Source: Octopus bimaculoides (Eukaryota). From it: 64,000 bases of DNA. The DNA lies in NCBI RefSeq assembly GCF_001194135.2, contig NC_068995.1, forward strand, positions 50,822,860 through 50,886,859, written 5' to 3'. Under the pieces are notes generated by a model. The model did no database searches, was not told where the DNA came from, and saw only the letters and a list, made by a program, of their open reading frames with translations. Position 1 is the first letter of the stretch; each line of letters begins with the position of its first letter. Made by a program: the position numbers and the translations under genes. Positions 50,625 through 62,687 of the stretch are shown here, piece by piece.

Positions 50625-51180
50625 TGCAATCAGTTTCTCTTTTGTGTGGAAATCTCACGGATCAATCGATAGTCGGACAGTGGGAAAAAAAAGGCTCACA
50701 AAAACTGATGAGGGGGGGAGAGTGTGGTACGTATGAAAAGGGGGGTAAAAAAAGAAAATAAGTGGATGGAGGGGAAAAAAATTGCAGTTCGATGGTTACT
50801 GCTGCTGTCACTACAGCTGCTGCTGCTGCTGTTGTTGTTATTAACGATGTTGTTTATGCTGCTGCTGCTGGTGGTGATGTTGTGCGAGACGAAGAAGAAG
50901 AATCATGGCAGAACAAAGACGAGAATAAAACGAGATTGCGAACGAGAATGTTTGGTCGTCTCCCGTTGATATGTTTCACACACACACGCGCCACTGTCAG
51001 CCAAACTGAAAGGTGGCAGATACAAACTCAAAATGTCACTTCGTCCGCCGCTCTAATATTTTTTTACATTCGAGCCGGGTCTTCTCTCTCTTTCCATCTC
51101 TATTTTTTTATCGACCCCTATTAACTCTATATTTCGAGAGAAAATAACAAAAAAGAAGCATAATAATGAATTCGGGGTGA
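50625..51180. promoter_or_regulatory. ARNT 5' UTR / core promoter region, CpG-retaining
   Basis: Lies immediately 5' of the start codon. CpG dinucleotides are visibly denser here than in most intronic DNA. Contains (GCT)n/(GTT)n tracts and a TATCGATT DRE-like word at about 50664-50671 (minus). The TSS cannot be placed. Confidence 0.6.
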
Positions 51181-52793
51181 GTTTTCATACATTTTATTGT
51201 TGTTTTCTTTCATACTACAATATATATATACACACACATATATAAACATATTTATATATATTTCGCTGTATATTTACTATATTTTTCTCTTTTATCCGTC
51301 TGTTGTTATTGTCTGCTGCTGACACATTTTTACAACCTTCTGCTTTCTCTCTTTCCATTCCTATAACTTTCTTTTTCTTCTTCTTTTGCTTCTTCTTTTT
51401 CCGCTTGAGAAAAAATAAAAAGGGGGATAAAACAAGGACCTCAACAAAAATATATAATACCCCATTCATTCATTGTTGTTAATTTTGTCTTAGCCTTCTT
51501 GCAAATTGGAAACTAAAAATTGGTGGGGGGAAGAAATGAAAAAGAAAGTACAAGAACAAGTATGTTGAATGAATGAAAAAAAAAGATGCAGTTATTTCGT
51601 GTAAGTGACATGTGAATGTAGTAAATGGTCAAATGCAAGCGCTATTGTTACATGTTTCTTTATCTAATCGAACATCGTAGGTATTATAGCAGATTTTTAT
51701 TGAATTTTATTAGTTTTTATTTAAACTTACAAGCAGTTTATAATTATTTGCCTTTTTCTTCTTCTTCTCTGATTTAAAATATTAGAAGGGAGTGTTTTTG
51801 AAATCGCCGATGACTTATCCATCATCCAGCAAATCGGATTATTGTGCGAGTGTGTTATATTTGTTAGCTAGTTCACTTGTGACTGGCTACACGTATAACA
51901 AGGTATCGCTAAACATAAAATAAGAATTGAAATAACCAATTAACAATTAAATAAATAAGTCTGTCTTCAAGACTCTTGCCTTAGTTTTATTGTACTTTTC
52001 ACACCCGAGACAATTTTGTTCCCCTTTCTCTTTGTCGAAGGATTCGTGTCGCTCTTAACATGAATCGCCGTTTCAGACACGATCGATTTCTTTGACTGGC
52101 TCTTAATTACTGAAGGTGGGCTGACTATTTAAATCCTCAGTCCTTCCTTCACCAATTACTTATCAAAGTAATTCATACCTCTAGTTAAGTCTTCAGTTTT
52201 GGAAACGGTTTTTTTTTTTGAGAAATATCCAAGATGCGGAGGAGACCTATTCCTTAAAGAAAAAAAATCTATTTACTCGTGTAAGGTTGTTTTTTTCTCT
52301 TTCAGTTCTTTTATTTTGTTTGGATATAATTTGGGGGGTAATGAGAAGAGACAGTGTTTGCTTAAGTCGAATTCATATGATTAATTGATAAGTAAGTGTT
52401 CCACAGATTTTTTTTTTTTATCAGAACACATCAAGGTGTTCCTAGCAACGATGGTCTCACAGGTTTTGTTTTCTTTTAGTTCGTTTTTAGCTCTTTCCCA
52501 CCCCCCACTTCTTATGTATGTCCCTATAAACGAAATACCAAACATTGTAATTGGAGCCACTTAGTATATATTTTGAGCTTATTCATTATGTATCATCACA
52601 ACAAATGTCTCATTATTGATGACTGAAGATGCAGTAACGGCCGTTGATTTGTTTGTAGATTGATTCATGAGTCAGCAGCCAATGTGTAACGGGAAGTGAT
52701 TAAAACCTTTCTGTATGAGTTGGAACAGATTTGGTAGCCGATTGCATATCGATCTCAGAGCCTTAAAATTATTAATAGGGTTTATTATGTATA

Positions 52794-52992
52794 TACGAGG
52801 GGCTAAAACTATGGGTTCGGTGTACCTTATAATTCTGAAGATTCGAGAAACTTCACTTGAAAAATTGGTATTTTAGGAATTATATTGTTTTACTGGAAAT
52901 AACCCCTATGTTACATATATTAAAATTCTGTAGTATTATGCTTCATACTCGATTGCTGATAGCTTTTGTTCATCTCATTGAAGATCCCTCTA
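52794..52992. mobile_element. Possible mariner-type MITE remnant
   Basis: TA-CGAGGGG start (mariner-like terminus) and a weak ...CCCTC-TA right end. Confidence 0.35.
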
Positions 52993-54016
52993 AAAGGGTA
53001 TTAAAGTAAATATGCGAATTCAAAGATAATAAAATCTTATTCCTAATTCTATTGAAATCTGTTGTTATTATTACTTAATTAACTAAAAAAAACTTGTTTT
53101 GATTTAAGTTTGTATTCAAAATATTAACACTATCTGTTCTCCCTCCTCCAGACAAAAAGACCCCTCCCAGTTCTCTAATATACCCATCATAATTTTTTTT
53201 TACAATTTTTACCTTATGCCAGTAAACGTAGTTTATGGGCAAGGATACCAATCAAATTATAGTCTCCAAATATGAAACATTTTTTTATCTATTAAGAAGC
53301 TTCTATTGATTCTAAATTTCAAAAGCAATTTCCAAATCTTTCTATTTACTAATTTAGAACACTACTTTCAGAAACTAAGCTAATTGGTTCTTTCTTCAGA
53401 TCAAATTATTGGTCAGTGTAAGCTAATCAATAGTCTGATGCCAATCTTGGATGGAAGGTGGTAGGGTACAGGTTACATACACTATAAATGTATTTAGTCG
53501 TTGACCCAACAAGCAGGAACTGCAGATATCCCGGCTATCATCTGTCTCATCACCCATCACTTTTTCCGACTTGCGTATGGTATTTGTTTTAGTCTTCAAT
53601 CATTTTCATCTAATGAGCTAACGAGGAAGTGAGCCTCTACCTAGCTGCATAATATGCTAGAAACAACAGCGAAATAACCCTCAAATCACACTCTCTCTTC
53701 TTGAAAAGGAGAAAAATGCAGTAGATAATGTAACCCTAGGTGTAAACTTAAGGAATGGCTTGGTATGAATGCCTTTAATCATAAGTCTGCTCATTCAGAT
53801 TTTTAAACAACAATGGGCGACTTGACTACCACTTAGAAAAATTTCCCAACAACCTGTAGTTAGCGATGAGAGTTTAGTGTTTCTGCCGAGAGCGAAAGAC
53901 ATCTGAGAGAAACTTGGTCTTTCTACATACACATGTGACTATGAGTGGATCCTCCTCCTCTTCATCAAATGACCCTGTTATTAGGCTATCAGCTTGCTCT
54001 GTTATCAGGATATCAG

Positions 54017-54061
54017 TTTTGACAGTTCATAACACTGGTGTATTCGTATGAACTGTCAAAA
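54017..54061. repeat. Perfect 15-bp inverted repeat with 15-nt spacer
   Basis: TTTTGACAGTTCATA (54017-54031) and TATGAACTGTCAAAA (54047-54061). Confidence 0.9.
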
Positions 54062-55289
54062 ACGGAGTTTCTATTTCCAGCAGAGACATTTTACTTTCAA
54101 TGGTTCAGCCCATGTTGTTTACTGTAGAGGAGAACCATTGGTGTTACTGTTTAGCACCAAGACAGCTCTGATGTATCAGTTCTGGTATTTGAAGGCATTC
54201 CAGCCATAACTATCTTACCTTTTTTTTTTTTTTTTTTTTTTTTTGGACATTCTGCATCCAGAAATACATTGTCTTTTCAAGACAGTCAAGGTGTGATTGG
54301 AGGAAGTCCTGCTGTTGTTATAATCTCTGCTCACTATGCTACTTGGGTTTTAGTGTACTCTGCTCAGTTGGTGCCCCTTGATCCCGTATAAATTTCTATT
54401 GCATAATATAATTTGTATCTACTCTTGTAGATATATATACATGTATAAGGCTGATATGTTTGTCGGACAACTCAGCTGCAAATTATAACTATCAGAAACA
54501 GTATCCGTTTCTTTGCTGAGCCTAGTTTCAGTCTAGTGACTTCTGGGTTATGGGCCCAACATGCTTCCATTCACAACTCTGGGTAAGATGACTTGTAATG
54601 GTCTGAGATGAGTTGAGGGACCATGCGTCATGTGTCCGTTTTCCATGCTAACTTAGGACGTAGAACAGCTTGACCAGAGGATGCCCCTGACTCCATTGTC
54701 TGTTCTAGCATGGTTTCTATGGTTGAATGTCCTTCTTACCGCCAACCACTTTACAGTGTATTCTGGGTACTTTTTTATGTGACACCCATGCTTGTAACAT
54801 GATGCCAGCATGAGTGCTTTTAATGTGGAACCAGCCCCAGTATCAATTCTGCTGTGATGGACAGGCCTTCTTGGGAATGGATGCTCTTCCTAACACCAAT
54901 TACTTTATAGAATGTACTGGGTGACAAGACAGCTAAAAAGTTCAACCCAGTCTTACATTGTCACTGCTTCAAATCCTTGTTTTTTTTTTTATTCATTCTC
55001 TTTTACTCTTTTACTTGTTTCAGTCATTTGACTGCGGCCATGCTGGGGCACCATTCATTTTTTTGTTTTTTAATTTATTATAATAGATAGAGAAGGTTAT
55101 ATTTCATTAGGAATATGATCACAAAAAGATTAAGATACATTTAGCTGCTAAGTAGAACAGGTCAAGCAAATTTGTAGAATCCCCCTGTTGTGTTGTACTC
55201 TTTTTCCCACTCATCTCTGTAGCTCTAACTGGCATTTTGGGGGTTTCATCCCCTCAAAGTTAATAAAGAACAAGACAAGTACTGAGGTT

Positions 55290-55530
55290 CATTATTTACA
55301 TTATTTACATTCGACGGATATTTGTCCTCATCTTGTTTGTTGTTAACACGTTTCGGCTGATATACCTTCCAGCCTTCTTCAGGTGTCTTGGGGAAATTTC
55401 GAACCTGGGTTCTCATTCCTAAGGTATTTTTCAGTGTTGTTATTATTGTTCACTGCTTGGAATCGAACTCGGAATCTTGGGGTTAGTAGCTTGCGCTCTT
55501 AACCACTATGCCATATGCCTGTGGGCATAT
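55290..55530 (-). mobile_element. tRNA-headed SINE family E with hammerhead-like 3' module, nested in a family B SINE
   Basis: A box TGGCATAGTGG (55503-55513), B box GTTCGATTC (55460-55468), tail (TGTAAATAA)2, 11-bp TSD GTACTG(A/G)GGTT at 55279-55289 and 55531-55541. Confidence 0.8.
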
Positions 55531-58500
55531 GTACTGGGGTTGATGTAAGAAACTAACCCTTCCCTGCAAAATTGCTAGTCTTGTACTTGAATTAGAAACA
55601 GTTATCTTTTATCATTTACTTGTTTCAGTCAGTAGACTGTGGCCATGCCGGGGCATCACCTTGTAGAGATTTTTTATTCGAACGTTTTGACCCTAGTATT
55701 TTTTTTTAAAGCCTGGTACTTATTTTATCAGTCTCTTCTGCCAGACCACTAAGTTATGGGGATGTAAGCAAACTAACATCAGTTGTCAAGTGGTGGGGAG
55801 GGGACAAATTCAAGCACAACGACACACACACACATGTATATACACACAGGGGCTTCTTTCAGTTTCCATCTACCAAATCCATTCACAAGTCTTTGGTTGG
55901 TCAAGGCTATAATAGAAGACACTTGCCCAAGGTGGCATACAGTAGGACTGAACCCAGAACCATGTGTTTGGGAAACAAACTTATTACCACATAGCCATAC
56001 CTGGACCTATTATTATTTCTATTTGATTTGACAGTTGGTACAACAGTCTTAAATTTGAGTATTATATTTCTCTTTTGTGTATGTAATAAATGTGTGTATA
56101 CGTGTATGTATATGTATGTGTGCACATACATTTTGCACATATCTAAGTGAAGTCGCATTTGAATGTTAAGATGCTAAAGCTTAGGATAATAAATAGTCAG
56201 GTTTCTTTAGCTGAATCAGACATATATAATTAAGAGTTTGTATTTCTCTCTCTCTATGTCTGTCTCAGAACATGTTCAAATACATGTCTAATAGATTTAA
56301 AGCGAATAACAAAAGGAAGAGCTACATAAAACAGATCTTGTTAAAATTATATTCTGGTATACGCTAATGTTAGGTTTGTCTGTTTATGTGTGCTTGTATG
56401 TATGTGTGTGTGTGTGTGTTTTCCTTCCTTGAGAGCCTACTTAAAGAATTTGAGAAACCAAAAAAATATAAGGATATAATAATAATACAAGGCCAAAAAT
56501 ACAAATTTCAAACAGAAAATACTCATTATTACTTGAACCCTTTCATTTTATATATTATTTCCTCTTTTATTTTCAATTAAATCTTGGGTTGGACCTAGTT
56601 TCATTTTGTTTAAGTAGCTGCAGTATTTTGTTACCATTTCCCGTCCAGTTAACTACATTAGTTCAAATAATATCAATCTTTTTCTTCATAAGTACCATTT
56701 GACATGTTTGATTCATGCAAATGGAACCATCACCCACACTTTCTGACATTACTGTACTCAACATGGAAGAACGAGACAATCATTTGCATTTATGCTTATT
56801 TTAACATTTATCCTCCTCCTCGTTATTTTTACATTTGTTTTTCTGTGCCGACAAGAGATGAACAGATTTCATAATGTATTGTCACTTGTCTTTTGTTTTC
56901 TAACATACACAAATGCAGAGAAAACTCACACATCTTTGTTACATTAGAGACATCAGAGACAAAATTAAACAGTCTCCTCTACTCTAGCACCTCCATTTAT
57001 TTTTTTTCCATTTTGGCATTTGTATTTTTCACAGCTGGATACCTTTCCTCTCCATAACTAACCACTTTACAACACGAACTGGGTACATGTCATTATGTCA
57101 CTGATACTAGAGATGTTGTCTCTGACTAGAGTCCCCCTGAGAGCCAATGAGACTGGGGTTGCAGAGAATATATTATACCTTGGCCCAGAAATTTTCTGGG
57201 TTCTCAGAGAATGTTTGAATGTGTTGAACACTAAGCTAGAGTTCAAAGAAATGAAGAGCTCAGCCTATAAAAGGGAGTAGTCCTCACAATTCCATGGAAA
57301 TTTTAGGGGACTTTGAGGTTCTGAAAGTAGTCCTGTTCTACTTTGAAAAAATTCTCTTGGAGGTGCTAGGGAAGGGGACTTGCAAGAAACCCATACCCCT
57401 GATAAAATTCTTCCCAGATACTCTGGTACTACCCTAAATTGTCTCTGTTCTGTATCTGTGCTGATGTTAAAATATTTATGCTTATGTTATAACATTTATG
57501 CTTGCATTATTAACATTTGAATGAAGATGATTGAAATTTATAAATTCCTCTGGGATTGCTTTTATCTAAAGCTAAAATGTAAGCATCATGTTCAAACTCT
57601 CACGTGTGTGCGCACGAGCACACACACACACACACACTCTCTCTCTCCCCCCCTTCCCACCTCTCTCTCTCACCATCTTCAATGTTTTACCATATTTTCA
57701 TACTGGCGTAAGCTGAAGAGGTTTGTGTTACAGACTACCATCATTTGTTTAAAATGAAAAATTACTCTGTTTATTGAATTCTCTTATGCATTGTTATATT
57801 CAAACTGTATCTATGCAAATATCGAAGGATATATTAAAGAAATAGGAAAAGGAATCAAAGGTGTGTGTCGGAGTACTCAATACATGTAGTGAAAGAAGGA
57901 GTCTCAGTAATTATTCGCTGCCAGATTTCCTTTGAATTACACCCTATGTTTTCGGCCAACTATAATGCCCTGGCTAACTTCACTTTTCATCCTTCCACGG
58001 TCAATGAAATCGGGTACCAGTCAAGTATTGGGGTCGGTTATAAAGCACATGTTATATGCTGGTAAATGCAGGAGCTGGTTGGCTAGCTCTTGTAAGTGGC
58101 CAGGGATGTATTTGTATGTAGTAGCATCTTTTATTTGTAAGAAGTCTCTCCTAAGTTCACAGACTCCTTGTCAAATGGATTATTAAATTAGGTCTTTTGT
58201 TGTTTAGACTCTGCTCAGTTCTGGCCAGACATTACCTCTATGATCATCCCATCTTATTATAAGGAGCAGGATACCCTAGACAACATTATCCAAATATATA
58301 ACCTTGGAGAGGGAGAGTTATTTGAGGGAAGGATAGATGTTATTTCTAGCAGGCTGAGTGACCTTAAAGGGACTTCCTCAATTGCCCATGGAGTATGTGT
58401 TATCAATATGGAATTTTCTTTCTACTATATTGATTTCTTAAATATGCTACATTTGTATGTGTGAGGGAATGAAGTTGTGTGGTATTCAAGCCTTTCCCAA

Positions 58501-61417
58501 TAACATTAGTGCCTGCCACATGGGAGATTATTGCATTGACTCAAGCAAGTTAGCTAGAAATTATGAAAAGACTTAATCTAAAATTGTAATTTTTGCCCTT
58601 TTAAGAAATAAATAAATAAAAAAAATGAAGATTAATATTAAATAAAAATAACTGGGTTGTTTTGGGGTTTTATTTATCGGAATTGGAGTGCTTTTAGGAA
58701 ATGGAAATAAATTGAAGATGACTTGTTAAATAGTTGTCATAGAAAACTTTTGTGTATGGCATCGTATGTTTGCTTTTTTCTTTGCCCCTTTTTTGGGTTG
58801 TTGAATTAATGAAAGCAGTGTAGAGTCCTGAAGTAATGTAATTAGGTATTTAAGTATGTCTGTGAATGTTATTGCTTCTAATTGTGATTAAGCTCCCTAT
58901 AAAAGACAAAAAATTATTTTTTTATTATTTTTTTTTAGTTTGTATCATAACTTCATGTCATAACATGCGGTAGCAAAAACAGAACAGACTAGCTTTTTAT
59001 GGAGAGGCAACTATAACAGAATGTCTCTCTTTTTTTTTTCTGTCAAAACAACAATCAGCCTGTTACTGCTAATGGCAAGGAGATTATTATAATGTAAAAT
59101 GTGGATTATTTCTACTGTGTTGGTATTGAATTGTTTGAGTACACTTCAGCCATCATTGCAGAAATGAGGGGTGGGTGCAGAAAATCATATTTTGAAAGGA
59201 TTCTTCAATAATGCAAAGGATATTTGAATGTTTGCTATTCACGGTGCACAGCCTAATGTGATTTGTTTTGTTTTGTTTGAACAAATCATTAATAGTCTTT
59301 AGTTGTTCATCTTTAATACATAATTGATAGCAATAGATTAAAGGGAAGGTTTCGGTGAGCCACACTCAGAATCTGGTTCTAATTCTTAGCTATGATAATT
59401 TCACTTTCAATTACTTAGCTGATGATCCTGAAAGAGGCATAAATGGCACACATTCTGACCCTATTTATTTGGCCATTTTAACTCAAAAAATTCCCCATGT
59501 AATCAATTTTTCTTTTTTTTTTTCCTCCCCCAAATTTGTTGGCTATAAAATTATTTTCTTCAAGAGTAATTTTTTCTTTCGTGCATGCACACACACATTC
59601 CTCCATGCTTTGTACAATCTTTTTCTTCACAAATATAACCATCAGAATCAGAAACCCTATCTTCTCCATGGCCAAAATGCCATTCCCCTCTCCCTTTTAC
59701 ACAGCATTTACTCACAGATAATGGCAACATTGCCTCAATTTATAAAGAGATCTTTGCTTCATTTCACTTTTTACATTGTAATAGATGAAATATATATATA
59801 GACCCCTTCGGTCGTGAATTACCATGGGATTGCAGCTATAAAGTTAAACAGGGAAACACAAGTCCAGTTAAGGTTGATTATGGAAGACCAGCAGTTGCCC
59901 ATGCATACCAGCCGATGGCATCCAAGGGAAAGGTAAAGGCTGATACGACCTGACACCAGTGATGTTGCAACTCATTTTACAGCTGAGTGAACTGGAGCAA
60001 TGTGAAATAAAGTGTCTTGCCTAAGAACATAATACAGAACCCGGTCTGGGAATTGAACTTGCTACTTCATGATTGTGAGCCCAAAACTCTAGTTGGTAAA
60101 ATGAGAAAACTTGAATGTCATACATGTGACATTAGCAGCTTTGGGCTCTGTGCTGTCACTTGACCTACAAGAAATAGCAGTGAAATCACTCTCAAATTAT
60201 CACCTTACTAATAATACTATACTTGATTATGCACTCAATCCTAGCCACATAATAGCCAAGAGAAAACTGAGCAGTCATGGCTGAAATACCTTTGATTAGA
60301 GGTTTGTTCAGTTACAACTGGCCTGGGGATAAGTAACAACAAACAGCAAGTGAACAAGGAAGTATCTTTGTGGTTGCTTGATCTGCTAGAAATAAGAACC
60401 AAATTCCTACCACCTTTGATTTTACCTTTTAAGTGTGTTCAGTCAGAGCTGACCTGGAATTTTTTCAAAATCTCCCCAATTTTTTTGAGTATATTTGATC
60501 AGAGTTTATCTGGGTTCAGCTACGCAGCAACACCAAATGACAGACATACTCCACATTTTCACATTTAACAAACATCTCAATTTACACAACTGCTTAAGAC
60601 CCTGCAAGACATCATCACTAAAAAGGGCAGATGTTTTTACTAACAAGTGGAAGCTGCTGTATTTCACAATATAAATATTTACTCAACATGTAAATATATA
60701 AATATTTATTTACAACATATTTTGAGTGTTGTAAATATTTATAAGCGAACGCTTGGCTAGCTAACTAGCTAGTTTTTGTGTATGTTATTAATATAAAATT
60801 TTCTTGGTTATCTTTTGAAAATTAATATTCCAGTTATCCGTTTTTTTCCATTTTGAATCACTAGAACTGTTGATGTCAATTATTATATAATTATAATTAT
60901 AGGGTTGTAATTGCTTTGAATTTATTCATCTGTATTTGTAAATAATGTTAGAGATATTTAGAATTCCATGGCTGTCTCAGTGAGGTATATTAACGAAGTT
61001 GTTGGTGTTGGTCAGCTCCAAGTCGGTTCTTATTTACTAAACTTCCTGCAACCACCACTCCATTTTTGTTCTAGATAATAGGCAAGGACATGGCTGTGTG
61101 TTTGTTTCCCAACCACACGGTTTTGAGTTCAGTCCCATGGTAACACTGCATGATAACTTCAACAAGTGTTTTCTACTTTAGCCCCAAGCTAACCAAAGCC
61201 TTGTGAGTGGATTTGGTAGATGGAAACTGAAAGAAACCTATCATATTTTTTTTTTTTTGCTGTAGTTTCATCTCAGAGCTGCAGCCATACTGATGCACCT
61301 CTGTTGCTTTGAACAGCAGGGTTCGCCACCATCCCATGCCGGAGCCTTATGGAACTTAAGGTGTTTTCGCTCAATAAACACTCACAACGCCCGGCATATA
61401 CTCACATATTATTTGTG

Positions 61418-61466
<49 letters not shown>

Positions 61467-62592
61467 ACATGTGTATGTGTGTGTTTTCATGTTGTCTCCT
61501 ACTACTACTTGACAACCAGTGTTGGTGTGTTTACATCCCCGTTACTTAGCAGCTTGGCAAAAGAGACCANNNNNNNNNNNNNNNNNNNNNNNNNNNNNNN
61601 NNNNNNNNNNNNNNNNNNNNNNNNNNNNNNNNNNNNNNNNNNNNNNNNNNNNNNNNNNNNNNNNNNNNNNNNNNNNNNNNNNNNNNNNNNNNNNNNNNNN
61701 NNNNNNNNNNNNNNNNNNNNNNNNNNNNNNNNNNNNNNNNNNNNNNNNNNNNNNNNNNNNNNNNNNNNNACACACACACACACACACACATACGCACGTG
61801 CGTTTTAAGTAGTACAATAAACACAGTATCTCATGTAACAAAGAACTTTCTGGTGTTGTGCATACCACCCCCATAATGTGTGGTTGACCTCTTCGCTCTG
61901 AATTCACTAACTTTAATATATTTTCTAAACAATGTTGAGCACTCTTGCATTATATTATTATAACAGAAAACATCACCTTAATTTTTAAAAAGTTTACAAG
62001 TACTTGTGACATATCTTTATCACAAGAAAGAATTGTTATTTAGTCCCAGGTCAGCCTGAATTAAACCGAGCTATTATCAAAAACATTCCATCTGTGACCA
62101 TCCCATCTTTTACCTATATGCAGGTAACCATAGACCAAGTTAGTCAACAAGTTCTAAGGCAGTAGGGTGTGATTTTGAGGAGGATTTGGCTGCTATTTCT
62201 TTCAGATTGAGTAACCACATACAGACTCCTTCATATGCTTGAGAAAAGAGTAGTATTGGATGAGTGGTGGTGGCTGTATTTTCCAAATTAAGGATTTTTT
62301 AACCAAAAGCCTTTTTCTAGAAGCTGCTCCTCTGGGTGGTATCCTACATTAGCACTGTTATAGCACTGGAAACTTGGATTGGATTTTGGATGGCTGGTCC
62401 TAGTTCATTAATAAGATAAGATTATCAAAGAGGCTTCTTTTGTTGAATAGTGCTTTCATGGCCCTCGCTAGTCTATGGAGATGATGGTTACACTTTCCAT
62501 TTGCGATCAGATCAATTGGAACCTTTGTTGTTGTAACTGACTGAGTGGTAGATGGATGATTCATCAACAGACAACTTACAGACAGGACAATT

Positions 62593-62687
62593 GTATGGCT
62601 TGGTGCAGAGTCCTGTTGCCAGACATAGGGTGTTCCAGCTGCCACCCTCTTGACCCAGGGCAGCACAACCTCCTCCAGGCACTTGAT
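62593..62687 (-). mobile_element. Tc1/mariner transposase fragment around the second catalytic Asp
   Basis: IKCLEEVVLPWVKRVAAGTPYVWQQDSAPSHT. The QQDSAP.H motif matches DD(37)D/maT-like transposases. Isolated ~95-nt remnant. Confidence 0.75.

Noticed and set aside
50762-51124. 120-aa plus-strand ORF at the promoter
   Set aside because: Starts at a non-ATG codon and is driven by (GCT)n/(GTT)n low complexity, with no recognisable domain.
55455-55520. tRNA gene call for A/B-box sequences here and in other SINE heads
   Set aside because: No complete cloverleaf with acceptor stem. Each continues into a repeat body, so they are SINE heads.
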